Origin: Neophaeotheca triangularis | Taxonomy: Eukaryota | Direction: 5' to 3' | Length of the DNA: 64,000 nt | Assembly: GCA_054600435.1 (NCBI GenBank) | Contig: BAAIJX010000036.1 | Span: forward strand, 124,001-188,000 | In this document: one piece after another, positions 11,148-24,108 of the stretch | Layout: each line of letters starts with the position of its first letter | Numbering within the stretch: position 1 is the first letter of the stretch | Made by a program: the position numbers and the translations under genes | Notes under the pieces: generated by a model | The model's input: the letters and a program-made list of their open reading frames with translations, nothing else | Told to the model about the DNA's origin: nothing | Database searches by the model: none

Positions 11148-12668
11148 CTAGGCGATCTCAATGACCTCGCCCTCTCCTATCCTCCCCTTGCCACGCCCAC
11201 CCACCACCTCCGAATTTAACAACGCCCCCACCTCCGCACTCTCCTCCAAAACCCCCCTGGCTCTCTCAACTTCCACCCCCAAATCCTCTCCCACCAACCT
11301 CGCCGCCATCTCCGGCACCAAAACTGCCTGCACATACCCGGAAACTCCGCCACCGACACCACTACTTGCCATGGCCGCATCCCTCCTCGACTGTGCCCTC
11401 AGCTCATCGTTGAAAGTCCGCAACAAATGCTGCGCAATGGCCTGCTCGCCGCGAGGGCCATAGTACCCAGCACTCGTGCCCTTTTGCGGTTTCCCGCTGG
11501 AATCCTCCTGCAAGCCCTTGACCGTCTGTTTGCGGCCCTTTTGCTTGGCCGCATACTCATCTCGGAGAGTGGAAGAAACCTCGCCGCTGAGTAATTGCAG
11601 CAGGAAATTATGATGGCGCCCTAAACGCAAGTCTAAGCCGTTCCAGTCGATTTCCTCCGGGTAGGCTCGTTCCCGCCACACTTCCTTTGCAGTCTGCTGT
11701 TTGTGGTGCGTGCAGAATAGTTGCTGGCGTTTGAAACTCAGCGCTTTGCCGGCGGCGTATTGGTCTTCGAAGTCCTCGCGGAGGGAAGTGGGGACTGCAT
11801 CGCCGCAGATTGCGCAGTTCTCGGTCGGGACGTAATGGGGTGGTGCGTCGAGTTCGACTATTTCGATTTCGGGGCTGGGCGGAGGGAGACTGAGGGAGGA
11901 ATCGGAGTCGGAGTCGGATAGAAGGTCGTGGAAGCCTTCGTCGTCGGTTTGCGGGGCTGGGAGTTTTTGCTCGCCGAAGCCTGCAGGGCGTCGGAAGGCT
12001 GTGATGGGTGCATTGTTTTCTTTGCCTGCTTTGGTGGGAGGGGCTCTGAATTTTGGTATTTGTTCGGTGCGCTTGTCTTGTATGGGGGGTTTCTTAAACC
12101 CTTTTGTGCCTTTACTCTGCTCGTCTCTAGATTGTGGTCGCTGCTTCCTCCCATAGACTACATTCCGTGACTTGGGTTTTGGCTGTGCGTGTATGTTGCT
12201 GTATCCGCTTCCGAGCTTGGATATCTTACCACTCCCCTGCGACAGTTGCGAGCTGAAGATCATTCCGTCGTCGCTTTCGTTCTCGTCTACCGCGTCGAAG
12301 CTCCTCTTGCTACTACTACCGCTACTAGGACTAGGCGCCGGAGGCTTGCTGAACTTGGTATGCAAGCTGCCGGTGTGGAAGTCAGTCACTCTACCGGTTG
12401 GCGGAGCGCTAAAGCCACCACTCTGAGGAGCTGGCATAGCTGGAGGCGATGCACCACCACCATCATCAGAAGAGTCTTTTGGATCGGCATATATGTTCTC
12501 CTCGTCCTCTAGCTTCTTCTGTTGTTGTTTGCGTTCGGACAAAGAGCTACGCGTGCTGTGGGAAGCCGGTGGGGTTAATATTTGGTCTTCATGGTCGTCT
12601 GCCGTGGCATGTGGTTTGCCGTTGACGGTCTTTAAGAGCCTAGTGTTGGTTTTGCTCAGCCCAGGCAT
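11148..12668 (-). CDS. RTC4-like domain protein (restriction of telomere capping 4 family)
   Basis: Disordered N-terminus, CAICG...QQLFCTHHK, AGYYGPRG and GYVQAVLVPEMAARLVGEDL motifs. The start is probably MPGLSK at 12668. Confidence 0.8.
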   Translation of the reverse strand: MPGLSKTNTRLLKTVNGKPHATADDHEDQILTPPASHSTRSSLSERKQQQKKLEDEENIYADPKDSSDDGGGASPPAMPAPQSGGFSAPPTGRVTDFHTGSLHTKFSKPPAPSPSSGSSSKRSFDAVDENESDDGMIFSSQLSQGSGKISKLGSGYSNIHAQPKPKSRNVVYGRKQRPQSRDEQSKGTKGFKKPPIQDKRTEQIPKFRAPPTKAGKENNAPITAFRRPAGFGEQKLPAPQTDDEGFHDLLSDSDSDSSLSLPPPSPEIEIVELDAPPHYVPTENCAICGDAVPTSLREDFEDQYAAGKALSFKRQQLFCTHHKQQTAKEVWRERAYPEEIDWNGLDLRLGRHHNFLLQLLSGEVSSTLRDEYAAKQKGRKQTVKGLQEDSSGKPQKGTSAGYYGPRGEQAIAQHLLRTFNDELRAQSRRDAAMASSGVGGGVSGYVQAVLVPEMAARLVGEDLGVEVERARGVLEESAEVGALLNSEVVGGRGKGRIGEGEVIEIA

Positions 12669-12966
12669 GTCGTACAGCTTTGGTTTGTTGTAGTAGCAAT
12701 CCAATCTTGCAGCCAATGCCTGCCGTCTAAATCTGAGACTCGAGATGATGTCGACAGGCGCGTCGTGAATCGTGAAACGCGATGTCACGGGGCCAATGTG
12801 GGCGGGCTTTGGAAGTGCAAAAGCCCCACCACCACCTAAACCTCAATCTTCCTGACGACAAGCAGATAAAATCCCTCGTTGCCTGCCAGAGTGCCTTCGA
12901 AACATATACATGCAAAACCGCTTCCGACCAAGTCGCAGGGTGGACCGCACCGAAAGAGCAAACAAT

Positions 12967-13832
12967 ATGGCCAGCGAGGAAACCCCCAACAATGCCAATG
13001 CAGACGCCCTCGTCCAGTCCCCCGACCCTCTCCACCCTGCAAACCACATTTGCGAACTATGCAGAAAGTTCTACGCCCTGGGCTGGGTGACAGGGACAGG
13101 TGGAGGTGTGAGCATCAAGCACGGCGCCCACATTTACATAGCCCCGTCGGGCGTGCAGAAGGAGCTCATGCAGCCCGACAACATGTTTGTCATGGACTAT
13201 GAAAGCCAGCAGTACCTCCGGCAGCCAATGGTAGGTATTTTCCCGCATTGCGAGACCAGTGACTTCGTTGCCACCGCCAGGTAGAATGTCGTCGTAGAAG
13301 ACGAAGAAAAAGAACATCAGTCAGTCAGCCCGGCTGACGCCTCAAGGTAACGTAGACACTCAAACCCTCGGCCTGCACCCCCCTCTTCATGGCAGCTTTC
13401 ACAGTACGCGGCGCCGGCTGTTGCATCCACACGCACTCGCAATGGGCCGTCTTAGTCACCCTGCTTTGCGCACAATCCGCGGACCCCAACGTCTTCCGCC
13501 TGAATCAAATTGAGCAAATCAAAGGCATCTCGCGGACGGGTACCGGCAGCACGACGATCGCGGAAGGCGGGCGCAAGTTGGGGAACTTGGGCTTTTTCGA
13601 TACCATGGAGGTGCCGATTATTGACAACACCGCGCACGAGGAGGATTTGAAAGAGTCTTTGGAGCAAGCTATGCGGGAGTGGCCGGAAGCTTGCGCGGTG
13701 CTGGTTAGGAGGCATGGTATTTATGTTTGGGGTAAGGATGTTGCGCAGGCTAAGACGCAGTGTGAGAGTTTGGATTATTTGTTTCAGCTTGCTGTTGAGA
13801 TGAAGAAACTGGGGCTTGATTGGGTGTCGTAA
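12967..13832 (+). CDS. MDE1: Methylthioribulose-1-phosphate dehydratase (methionine salvage; class II aldolase fold)
   Basis: [52 protein letters not shown] and [10 protein letters not shown]. Intron 13231-13355. Confidence 0.93.
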
Positions 13833-14711
13833 CAGGTTCGGAGGCCGAGAGCTGACGAGAGGTTCGCAGTCTTGTCTTGAGAAGTGGAAAATGAAGACGT
13901 ACGAGTGGACATGATTTAGTGCTGGATTTAGTGCTGATACAGTAGAACAAGGCGCCTCACATCAGTCGACACATCTCTCCCAGTACACACCCGGCAAAAA
14001 TGACTACAGCCGCTGACTTGGCTACTCCATGTACTCCCGCCTGGGAGAGGCTACTCTCCGTTACAAGTCCAGAACAACCCCGCCAGCTCAGCCCCAAGCG
14101 ATGCAGCTTTCCACCGTCCGCGCTAGCAAATGGACGTTTTTCGATCTCGGTGTTTACGGTGTCCCTTCACACAAGAAACCCCTGAGCACTTTGAGTAGAT
14201 CTCGACGGGAAGCGGGTAAGCCGTCACCCGGATGTGGAAATATTTGCGCTCTCGGCTGCTATACACTGCCAATGTTGGTGAAGGTGCGTGGGAGACCGTG
14301 GTGGAAGTAAGTGCTGGATCGTTTTCTGACATTATCGAGATCTTGAGATGATCCGGATTTGCTCCCGGCAGATTAGCGTACTCCGCGTTGCTTGCCCACT
14401 CACTGCCAGTCAAGAGTGAGAGTGGGACGCTCCCGGTTTATCAATACTACGCTGTTGCCGTTTCCCGAGAGGCAACAGTTGAATGATAGATGCTCCACTG
14501 GGCAACAGCTATGTTGCCCTTCCTTGGTGGGCAAGGTCACAGCTAGGTCCGACCAAAGCACTACATTACAGCAATACGATACATTGGAATCGTGTTTCGC
14601 CTGGCAAGGCACTTTGTGCATTCCACTAACGAGATTTCGGGGCGGATTCGAGTCGGCACCAGAACAAATGCCTTTAAACTGGCTACCCACACGTCCCAGC
14701 AGAGCGCTAGA

Positions 14712-17690
14712 TTAGATGCCTCGCCTCCTCCCTCCAGGCCTGATAATCCCCTTTCCTCCAACCACAGCCCCGGCCTTCTTCTTCGCCCCAATACTCCCAG
14801 CTGGATTCGCCTTTCGCTTGGCAGCCGCTTCCTCTTCCTTCGCCAACCTTTCCTTTTCCGCATCCCGATCCTTGGCCATCTGCGTCTCCAGCTCCATCTT
14901 CCGACTAAATTCCACCTCGGTGACCTTCTTGTCCCTGGCGCTCCATCCCTTCTGCTTGACACTGTAGAACACGCCACCCAGATCCGCCAGCCAGTGCGCA
15001 TCGACCGCCGTCACTGTGGACATGTACTCCTTGCTCGTTAGCGTGAGTTCATGGTAAACGACATAATCTGGAGGGTCGCCGCTGTTGAAGAGCGCGGAAG
15101 TCGGATGAAGCTGCACCGTCACGCTGGTGCGCAGGTTGATGTACTCGCCAAGTCCGCGTCGCTTGGCAGCTTGGTGGTAGTAGCCGGAGCAAATGCACTC
15201 GCGTACGACGTCGAGGTCGTAGCCGCAGCTGACTATAGGCAGCTTGAGGAAGTTCATGATGTCGGCGACTTGGTTGCGGATCTCTTGCGCGCGACGAAGG
15301 CCTTTTGGGTGAAGGAAGTGCGCGGTGCACCAACCGTCACGGCAGCCATTGGCAACCCATTGCTGATAAACTGTCAGGAGGGTGAGGTGGTCGGAGTCGT
15401 GGACGAAGAACTTTTCGCGCGCGGCGTCGGCTTCTTCGAGGCGTTCCTTCGGGCGATACCAGACGGACGGGACGGAGAGCATAGCTACTATCGTGAGCAT
15501 CTCTTCCGAGCAGGAATAGGTCGTCGCGGAGGTGATGGCGAGCTTGGCGAGCGAGGGGTCCATGGGAAAGGATGTCATGGTTTTGCCTAATTGCGTAAGG
15601 TCGCCCAGGTTATCTAGGGCGCCGAGAGCCCAGAGTTCGAAGAGGGAGGTGGATATGATTTCCTGTGGCGGCGGATCCATAAAGTCGAAATCCAGGAGAT
15701 CTTTGATGTTAAGGGATTTGAGAAGTAGTACGGTGTTGGCGAGGTTCGTACGTTGGATTTCCGGGATGGTGGCAATGTAGAGCTCATCGCGGAAGGCACG
15801 TTCGGTGAAGAGGTGGAAAGCCTTTCCTGGTCCAGTGCGACCTGCACGACCAGCGCGCTGAGATGCGTTGGCTTGACTGACTGGCGTGATTTGCAGGGTA
15901 TCCATGCCCATCTTTGGATTGTAGACTTTGAGTTTGCTGAACCCAGAATCGACAACATACATAATACCATCGACGGTCAAGGAAGTTTCTGCAACATTTG
16001 TAGCGACAATGACTTTACGGACGCCCTTGGGCGCCGGGTTGAAGACCTTGGCCTGTAAATCTGCCGGTAGCTGAGAATAAATTGGCAGGACGAGAATCTT
16101 CGGAGGATCGTTTAGTTGAGCCAGCCGTTCGACAATCAATTCGCAGGTGACTTCGATGTCTTGCTGACCAGTCATGAAGACCATAATATCGCCTTTTGGC
16201 TGGCTGACGTGGATAGACAACACTTGCTTTACAGCAGAATCGACGTAATCTTCGCATGGAGAGCGAGAATATTGGATGTCGACCGGGAAAGTTCGACCTG
16301 GAATGAAGAATTCGGGTGCACCTCCGTAAAAGCGAGAGAAGCGCTCGGCATTCATGGTAGCAGAAGTGACGATAAGCTTGAGGTCTCTACGTCGAGCAAG
16401 CACTTTTTTGATCAACCCCATCAAGACGTCGGTGTTCATTGCGCGCTCGTGGGCCTCGTCCATGATAATACAGCTGTATTGGTCCAAGTCGGGGTTTGTG
16501 AGAGATTCCCGCAACAGCACACCGTCAGTCATGTACTTGATTGCAGTATCCTTTGATGTGACATCTTCGAAGCGAATGGCATAGCCAACGGTGCTGCCCA
16601 GCTCGCACTCCATCTCCTCAGAGACCCGCTTTGCGACTGACATTGCCGCTACTCGTCTGGGTTGCGTGCAACCAATCAGGCCCTTCTTTGCGTAGCCATC
16701 CTCGTACAAGAATTGTGTGAGTTGCGTGGTTTTACCGGATCCTGTCTGGCCAACAACAACCGTGACCTGGTTGTCGCGAATGACCTGCAGAACTTCCTCT
16801 CGCACAGCGAAAGCAGGTAGATACTCTCTCTGCTCCCTCAAGGACTTGGATTTCGCAAAGTCACTCTGGCCTTCTTGCTTCTTCATATGCTCCTGAAACT
16901 TTGAGCCGTGATTCTTATCGCCGCCAACGCTGTCAGGCAGAGCAGAGTCGGTATCGTCGGTATCCTTGACGCCCATGATGTTGCCTAGCGCAGTGCCAGC
17001 AGTGTTGGTTGCCTCCTTGGCCTGCTTCTGACGTTCTTTCTGTTGCATCCTCTCTTTGACCACCCTACTACCCTTTCGACTAAATACGGCCATATCACTT
17101 TGTGGGTCTCTTACAGCGCTGATGGGATCTAGTTGCTTTGTAAAGATCGTCCTCCCGTCAAGAAACGGTGGCCTGAGATCGTGGACTAGCAAATGCACTC
17201 TCGTATCGTCGTTGTCGTCCTCGAACCCACTATACTGATCTCTCGTTTGCGCGACCGAACTCGCCAACATGCGATTCGCTTCCCATGCGTCGTTGTCCTT
17301 TTGTCGCTGCAGGTGCTTGGGATTGACTTTCTGCCTCACTGCCATTTTCTTCTCCAGCATCTGCGACTCCCTCTGTTGATCTGCCCATGATACTTCATCC
17401 GCGCCACCAAAAGGGTTGTGACTTTCGTCTCCGAAAGCTCCTCCGTCTTCGCCTGCAGTGTACCATTCACGGTCAAGGGCGGCGCTCTCTTCCTCAGATA
17501 CGCCAGGCTCGGGGCCTTCAAGTTTGCTTTGTGGCGCGGGCGTGCTCCCAGCGTATCCTCGCGGCGTGGTATCACGTCCGTTTTGATCATCGTGGTAGCG
17601 ACGCGGTTTAGCAAAATATGCTGGTCGCTGGTCGTCATCGTCCTCGGCCTCGTTCACTCGGCGTCGCTTTGCAGTATGTTCGGAAGACAT
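14712..17690 (-). CDS. PRP16: Pre-mRNA splicing DEAH-box helicase Prp16 (DHX38)
   Basis: [16 protein letters not shown] and QRAGRAGR motifs, plus the Prp16-type N-terminal segment [14 protein letters not shown]...[14 protein letters not shown]. Intronless, 992 aa. Confidence 0.95.
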   Translation of the reverse strand: MSSEHTAKRRRVNEAEDDDDQRPAYFAKPRRYHDDQNGRDTTPRGYAGSTPAPQSKLEGPEPGVSEEESAALDREWYTAGEDGGAFGDESHNPFGGADEVSWADQQRESQMLEKKMAVRQKVNPKHLQRQKDNDAWEANRMLASSVAQTRDQYSGFEDDNDDTRVHLLVHDLRPPFLDGRTIFTKQLDPISAVRDPQSDMAVFSRKGSRVVKERMQQKERQKQAKEATNTAGTALGNIMGVKDTDDTDSALPDSVGGDKNHGSKFQEHMKKQEGQSDFAKSKSLREQREYLPAFAVREEVLQVIRDNQVTVVVGQTGSGKTTQLTQFLYEDGYAKKGLIGCTQPRRVAAMSVAKRVSEEMECELGSTVGYAIRFEDVTSKDTAIKYMTDGVLLRESLTNPDLDQYSCIIMDEAHERAMNTDVLMGLIKKVLARRRDLKLIVTSATMNAERFSRFYGGAPEFFIPGRTFPVDIQYSRSPCEDYVDSAVKQVLSIHVSQPKGDIMVFMTGQQDIEVTCELIVERLAQLNDPPKILVLPIYSQLPADLQAKVFNPAPKGVRKVIVATNVAETSLTVDGIMYVVDSGFSKLKVYNPKMGMDTLQITPVSQANASQRAGRAGRTGPGKAFHLFTERAFRDELYIATIPEIQRTNLANTVLLLKSLNIKDLLDFDFMDPPPQEIISTSLFELWALGALDNLGDLTQLGKTMTSFPMDPSLAKLAITSATTYSCSEEMLTIVAMLSVPSVWYRPKERLEEADAAREKFFVHDSDHLTLLTVYQQWVANGCRDGWCTAHFLHPKGLRRAQEIRNQVADIMNFLKLPIVSCGYDLDVVRECICSGYYHQAAKRRGLGEYINLRTSVTVQLHPTSALFNSGDPPDYVVYHELTLTSKEYMSTVTAVDAHWLADLGGVFYSVKQKGWSARDKKVTEVEFSRKMELETQMAKDRDAEKERLAKEEEAAAKRKANPAGSIGAKKKAGAVVGGKGIIRPGGRRRGI

Positions 17691-17944
17691 GGCGAAGTGT
17701 GTTTTTACTGAACGTCGCGAAGGAGTATGTCGTGTACAAGAACCTGCACTCGCTCAATCCCAAGCCTGGGACGGTACCCAGGTAGGAAGCTGGAATCAAG
17801 AAAGTCGAATGAAGCTCTGAAAGTCGCGCCGGAGATTGACGGCTTTAAACAGGCTTGGCAATGTGACCGACTTCACGTTGCCGTCTTGAGCTAAGGTGTG
17901 TCTATCTCTAGCTGCACCATCTTCACCTGTTGATGTACAATGTA

Positions 17945-20215
17945 ATGGCCGCGTCTTCGGCTACCAAGGCCATCAATACCCAGGAGATCACCGATAAAGC
18001 TCGACGAGACTTGCTGCAGTTGCTTGAGGCAGTATGTAAGGCTATCGATCGTGGGCATCGTTCGAAGCCATGCTGATCAGATCCAGGTACGAGGCAAGAA
18101 GAACCTGGTCATCGAAAAGTCGCTGGCTGGTACTATAGGCCTTTTTGTCAAGTTCAGCACGCTTCAAGAATATGGAGTCGATAAGGTCTTCTTTCTTGAA
18201 AACCACAATGTGGATTCCACGCAACGAAACGTTGTGTTTCTGGTCCGAGGGGAGAGCTCTAAGAAGGTCCGGACGGTAGCTGGTGAGTAGACGAATTCAT
18301 GTTTTCTCGAGTTCTGGATCAGGAGACACCTATCCCGTGGCAGTTTGCAGGACTGTAAACTTGCCTGTTGCACAACCGCCAGTCAATCCACGGCGGCTCA
18401 GGGCCACGCCACTGTACCTGAGCCCGCTGAGCTCCCCTTCATCGTAATGATAGCTGGCTTGGGATGATGCTTTGTCGCGCGCATTTGCTAACTGAAACAG
18501 AGCAGATAAAACTTGTCCGCACAGAAAGCAGAATCGACCATGACTTCACAATCATCTGGGTCCCAAGAAGAACGCTGGTCAGCAATGCAATTCTCGAAGA
18601 GCATGGCGTGCTTGGAGAAGCCAATATCACCGAACTACCTCTCAACTTCATCCCGTTGGAACCGGATATCTTGTCACTAGAGCTGGATGATGCTTTTGGC
18701 GATATTTCTCTTCGAAAAGATCCGACCTCAGTTTTCGCCTCGGCAAAAGCACTTATGCTGTTGCAGAAGCAATACGGGCTCTTTCCTAAAATCCTCGGCA
18801 AAGGCGACAATGCGAAACGTCTGGCAGACATGTTACAGCACATGCGCAATGAAGAAGATGTCAATGCCTCTGCGGACGCCAGCAATACCTATTTGACTTC
18901 ATTTGGCCTCACGCCTAGCTCGCTAGTGGAGAATTTGGTCATTGTAGATCGGGAGGTTGATTTCTTGACCCCGCTATCTACTCAGCTCACGTATGAAGGC
19001 CTTCTCGACGAAAACTTTGGCATCGCCAATAATCAGGTGGAGGTCGACAACTCTGTACTTGGCGGCGCGGCTGCCCAGGGTCAGCAACAACAGAGCGGTG
19101 CTGCGCCTGCTTCCGCCGGCACTACCAAGCGCAAGATCCAAGTTGACAGTAGCGACAAGCTCTATCCCACTTTGAGAGACGCCAACTTCGCTACCATCGG
19201 ACCCACATTGAACAACACTGCACGTCGCCTTCAATCGGACCAGCAGAACATTCACAAGCAAGACCAGTCCATCACAGACCTCAAGAGCTTCGTGCAAAAG
19301 CTCCCATCATACCAGGCCGAGCAAGCAAGTTTGAAAGTCCACACATCTCTTGCTGAAGAAGTCCTCAAGATCACCAAGTCTGAAGCATTTGGCCGTATGC
19401 TCGAAGTACAGCAAAACCTTCTCCTCGGCAGCGATCCGAGCACCATACACGAGAATATTGAAGAATTGATCCTGCGTGATGCACCAATCAACACTGTACT
19501 TCGACTCCTGTGCTTGGAAAGCGTGTTAAGCAACGGCATCCGCAGCCGCGATCTGGAAGCTTTCAAGCGCCATATCCTGCACGCTTATGGGTTTCAACAT
19601 CTCCTGACCCTCTCTAACCTTGAGACAATGGGACTCTTGACGCAGCGCGAGAGTCACAGAGGCTATCTCAACCCCATTGCCGGCACGGTTGGTCAAACTT
19701 CTACGGATTGGAATGCCGTGCGCAAGGGCCTCAAGCTCTGGGTGGAAGAAGTGCAGGAGACAGATCCCGACGACATCGCATATGTCTTCTCCGGCTATGC
19801 ACCTTTGAGTGTGAGGTTGGTGCAAGCGGTGCTTCAGAAGAGCCACTTGCTATCTCTCACTGCCACGAGCGGGAAGACTGCACCCAACACTTCTGGGTCC
19901 GGAGAAGGGTTCAAGGGATTTGAAGATATGCTCTCACGGATTCGTGGTGCCACCGTGGACGTCACGCAGAAGGGGCATGACGCGGAAGTAAGCAATGCGA
20001 GGAAGACGTTGAGGAATAGCAAAGAGGGTCCCAAGACAACGATCGTCTTCTTCTTGGGCGGTGTGACTTACGCTGAGATTGCGGCTTTGAGGTTCTTGAG
20101 CGGCCAGTTGGAGGAGAGTAGTGGGAGGAAGATTGTCGTTGCTACCACTGGAATTATCAAGGGTGACAAGGTTGTTGGTGCTGCTTTGGAGAAGGGAAGT
20201 TTTGGAGAAGAATAG
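17945..20215 (+). CDS. VPS33: Sec1/Munc18-family vacuolar sorting protein Vps33
   Basis: RRDLLQLLEAVRGKKNLV, WVPRRTLVS, DFLTPLSTQLTYEGLLDE, YVFSGYAPLSVRLVQ and FFLGGVTYAEIAALRF. Introns at 18032-18086 and 18283-18500. Confidence 0.93.
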
Positions 20216-20547
20216 CTCATCAACCGTCAGTATCATTGACCCTCCAAGCGAATCTCAAACGAGCCCTTTCGGCTGGTTCTCGAGTTATATGAATTTTATC
20301 AACACTGTACGGCGCTTTCGGCCCCCAAATGGTAAGGCATTTCGGCAAATGCTTGGCCGTAGCTTCTTTCCAGGTACCGACCGACGTCGCTACCAACTCC
20401 AACTTGCTAATCTCAATACAGCAGGTCGATTGTGATAACATGAGGAGCGCGCAAGCTAGGGTCAATATTATTCTCAGGTAGTATATTCCCTTTGCATTAG
20501 TTTTCTTCCGTCTCTTCCACTTTCCTCGTCATCTCAATCCGGCCGCC

Positions 20548-22305
20548 ATGGAGAAAACGCTCCCCACGACAGCGCCAACAGCGCGAGCGACGCCAGCAGC
20601 TTCAAACCGGCGGCGCGCTCTCGCCTTCTCCTTTTTGTCGTTTGCATTCGCACTCTATGTATTTGCCCCGTCAATCGCACCGTGGCTCGAATCCTCCGGC
20701 TATGTTGGTCCCAAGCACTCGGTATCGCAAGCGCCGCAATGCTCGCAGCCGCCGGCGCGTCCGTCATGGAGCTCGAGCTCTCAAAGCATGGAAGAGGCAT
20801 ACGAGCACCTCTCCAGCTCAGCCTTCCGTAACACTTCAATCTCCAGGCTGTCGAATGCAGTCAGGATCCCGACTCAGAGCTATGACGACTTGGGCGCCAT
20901 TGGTGAAGACAAGAGATGGGACGTCATGTACGAGTTCGCAGAATACCTTGAGACGGCCTTTCCCGCCGTACACGAGCACTTCAAGGTAGAGAAGGTCAAT
21001 ACGCATGGTCTGGTTTACACCTGGCAAGGGAGCGACTCTTCTCTTCGGCCAAACCTGCTCATGGCCCATCAGGATGTAGTCCCCGTCCCAAGTTCAACAG
21101 TAGATGCTTGGACCCATCCACCATTTGACGGTGTATACGACGGCAAGTTCATTTGGGGCCGGGGAGCAAGCGATTGCAAAAACCAGCTGATCGCCATCTT
21201 GTCTACAATGACCGCTCTTCTGGAAGGGGGTTTTGAGCCTAGGCGTACGATTTTGCTCAGCTTTGGCTTCGATGAGGAGATCAGCGGTCGTCAAGGCGCG
21301 GGACACCTGGCGCCGTTCCTGCTGAAACGCTACGGTAAAGACGGCATAGCAGCCATAGTAGACGAGGGTGCAACCTTTGAGGATGCCTGGGGGACCACAT
21401 TCGCCAAACCCGGGGTGGCGGAGAAGGGGTACACCGACGTCTCAATCATCGTGCGAATGCCAGGCGGTCACAGCAGTATCCCTAGCGACCATACTAGCAT
21501 CGGAGTCACAAGTGAGATCATAACCGCCATCGAGAGTCAATCATACTCTACCTTCCTCGACAACCAAAACCCCTACCTGGGCCAACTCCATTGCGGCGCT
21601 GAACACTCCCCCAACTTCCCCACCAAACTCAAAGCCCTCCTCAAAGCCCGCTCTCTCAACCCCGGCGGTAGCAGTAGCAGCATTTGCGCACGCAAACCCG
21701 ACCTCCTAGCCCTAGCAGCCGCAGAACAAGGCCCAGCAACGAAATACCTGATGCAAACCTCGCAAGCCGTGGACGTCATCACCGGCGGAGTCAAAGTCAA
21801 CGCCCTCCCCGAGCGAACAGAAGTCATCGTCAACCACCGCATCAACATTGGCGAAACACCGCAAACAGTCTGGGACCGACTTAGCAATGTGGTCGAGCCT
21901 ATAGCCAAGAAACATAACCTCTCTCTACACGCGTTCCCCGAGAAGGCCAAGGAGTCTCCTCAATCCGTACTCCTCACAGCCACTTCACCACCTCTCGACG
22001 TGGCCCCCGTCACCCCGACGGGCGAAGGATCGGTGTACTCCCTCTTATCCCGCGTAACGCGATCGCTATACGGCGAGGCCATTGTCGTGGCGCCGGGCAT
22101 CATGACCGGCAACACGGATACCCGGTACTACTGGGACCTGACGAGGAATATTTTCCGTTTCGGCCCCGGTTGGGATCCCGAAGGCGACGAGGGTTTGGGG
22201 AATATCCATACAGTGGACGAGAGGGTGAGTGTAATCGGGCATGTTAATGGGGTCAAGTGGTTTTGGGGGTGGGTTTTGAGTATGGATCAGGCTGAGGAGG
22301 CTTAG
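20548..22305 (+). CDS. CPS1: Gly-X carboxypeptidase S (peptidase M20), type II membrane-anchored
   Basis: N-terminal TM segment, LLMAHQDVVP, WGRGASDCK, GFDEE, GGHSS, TGNTDTRYY and IHTVDE motifs. Confidence 0.9.
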   Translation: MEKTLPTTAPTARATPAASNRRRALAFSFLSFAFALYVFAPSIAPWLESSGYVGPKHSVSQAPQCSQPPARPSWSSSSQSMEEAYEHLSSSAFRNTSISRLSNAVRIPTQSYDDLGAIGEDKRWDVMYEFAEYLETAFPAVHEHFKVEKVNTHGLVYTWQGSDSSLRPNLLMAHQDVVPVPSSTVDAWTHPPFDGVYDGKFIWGRGASDCKNQLIAILSTMTALLEGGFEPRRTILLSFGFDEEISGRQGAGHLAPFLLKRYGKDGIAAIVDEGATFEDAWGTTFAKPGVAEKGYTDVSIIVRMPGGHSSIPSDHTSIGVTSEIITAIESQSYSTFLDNQNPYLGQLHCGAEHSPNFPTKLKALLKARSLNPGGSSSSICARKPDLLALAAAEQGPATKYLMQTSQAVDVITGGVKVNALPERTEVIVNHRINIGETPQTVWDRLSNVVEPIAKKHNLSLHAFPEKAKESPQSVLLTATSPPLDVAPVTPTGEGSVYSLLSRVTRSLYGEAIVVAPGIMTGNTDTRYYWDLTRNIFRFGPGWDPEGDEGLGNIHTVDERVSVIGHVNGVKWFWGWVLSMDQAEEA

Positions 22306-22896
22306 GGTTTTGGATGGTTGCGTCGGCTTGGCCGCTGGACGGGGTGCTTTCTGTAGGGGTTTTCGAAGTGTTGACAATCATTTGTTTGGGGATGATTTGT
22401 AGTTGCGGGACGTGTTTGGGGGATCGATGGCCTGATAGATTGATGGTCTGGTAAACTGATGGCCTGGTAGATGTTGGGCACTTTGACTCGATATATTGAT
22501 TGAAGCGTCTATGAAAGACAAGGTGGGAGCACAGTTGTGGTTTGTCGATGCTATCTGTCTAAGCCTCAACATTTCGGACGACAGAGCTCCTACATGATTG
22601 TAAGGTTCGACAGCGGCCTGTGAGAGCAGTAGTAAAAGTTCCGAGACGAAGGGAGGGTTAGACTTTGGGGTGGCTTGGCTGCGAGAGTGGTCCGAAAGGG
22701 AGATGTGTACCTCTCTATGTAGGAGGTACCTCGGGCTATAGCTACAGTACAGTACATACATAGTCCTCGCTCTATCCACGCTTTCGGCAAATCATGGTAG
22801 ACTTGGAGCCTTGGGAAGTTTAGTACTACATACCTTACCTCCTAATACTAACTGCCGCAAGGTAGAGAAAAGGGAACAAGAGCCGATGTGGACCCG

Positions 22897-24093
22897 AGAT
22901 AAGGAAGGATCTACATAGTAGGTACCTACTTACATACCTCGTAGACGTCTCGAGGGAAGAAGTAGGGACCTTGTCATCCTTATCAACCATTTATCTATGA
23001 AAGTAACAATAAAGCCGGCAAGTATAGCGGGAGGGACAGGGTGTCAGGGTGTGTACAGTAGTGTGGTTGACTTGTTATTTTTGTTGTGTCACCCGGAAGC
23101 AACTAAGGCGAGCTTGTGATTGGTCCTTTGCCGGCCTTATCTCTTGACTTGTCGCTCCCTCACCCTTTGGGATGCGAGCAAAAGGCAGTTTGTGGTTTCA
23201 TTTAGGTAATTTTACGTACTGCCACTGTGTTTGCCCAAAAGGCTGCCCATCGTATTCCATGGCCCATGGGCTGTGTTTGCTTGGCCCTCGGCCAATGATG
23301 GAAGTTGTGTAGTAATAATGATTGATATTGATAATAATAGTTAATCATAATATAATAGCCGGGCTGTTGCTGCTGAGAGTCAGTACCTTAGTCACTAGTA
23401 GGTAGGTAGGTAGGTAGAAGAGCAGTAGGTAGGTACTACTACTACTACCACCACTACCGCTACCACTACTGTCCCATCATCACCCATACTACTGCTAGCA
23501 ATCTGGCTGGCCAAGGATCTTCTAACTTTCCACCCATACCTACTTGTACCTATATCCTCGACACGCGCGCGACTCTTTTGTTCGTGTGCATCTCTACATT
23601 AGGTTATTACCTTAATGTTCATCGTCATCTTCCTTTCCCTTTGACTCTTACCTTACCTTACCTCACATATTCATCTGCCTCTGTGGAACACCGACTCTCT
23701 TTGTCTTGGAAGCTGGCGATTGTGTCGAGGCTCGTTTCAAGAGTCAATTCAATGACACCGACCGCTCAAGACTATCTCATACTCATCTCAGCCCTCTGCG
23801 GCTTGTCGGATCACGCATAGAATATCTTTACTACTAGTCCCTCTTAGCCTTGCTCTTTACTACATCCCCCCCGCCCGCAGGGTTATCTCTTGATAACGAG
23901 TCGCAACCCAAGTACACGCACCCCGCCCCTGGACTGGAGATACTGATAGCTACAAGCAATTGGCTATCATTACTGAATCACGAATCCACTCCCTCATACC
24001 TATCTTAGGCGGCACCGTCTCACGCCCTGCACTACTCCGGAGAGATAGGCCTTTAGAGTGTCACCTCCGCTGCATCGAGACTCGGCTTGATAA
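22897..24093 (+). promoter_or_regulatory. Cluster of HGATAR (GATA factor/AreA-type) sites upstream of the tamA-like gene
   Basis: Sites near 22897, 22980, 22991, 23137, 23883, 23891, 23944, 23964, 24000, 24043 and 24088 on both strands. Confidence 0.5.
23397..23470. repeat. Compound microsatellite (GTAG)n/(ACT)n/(ACC)n
   Basis: gtaggtaggtaggtaggtag...gtaggtaggtactactactactaccaccactacc. Confidence 0.85.
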
Positions 24094-24108
24094 CGCTCTA
24101 CCACCGCA

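Noticed and set aside
14000..14700. Cys-containing short ORFs, an intron-like GTGAGT...GCTAAT on the minus strand, and a T-loop-like TTCGAGTC
   Set aside because: There is no signal peptide or coherent gene model, and no tRNA cloverleaf can be built.
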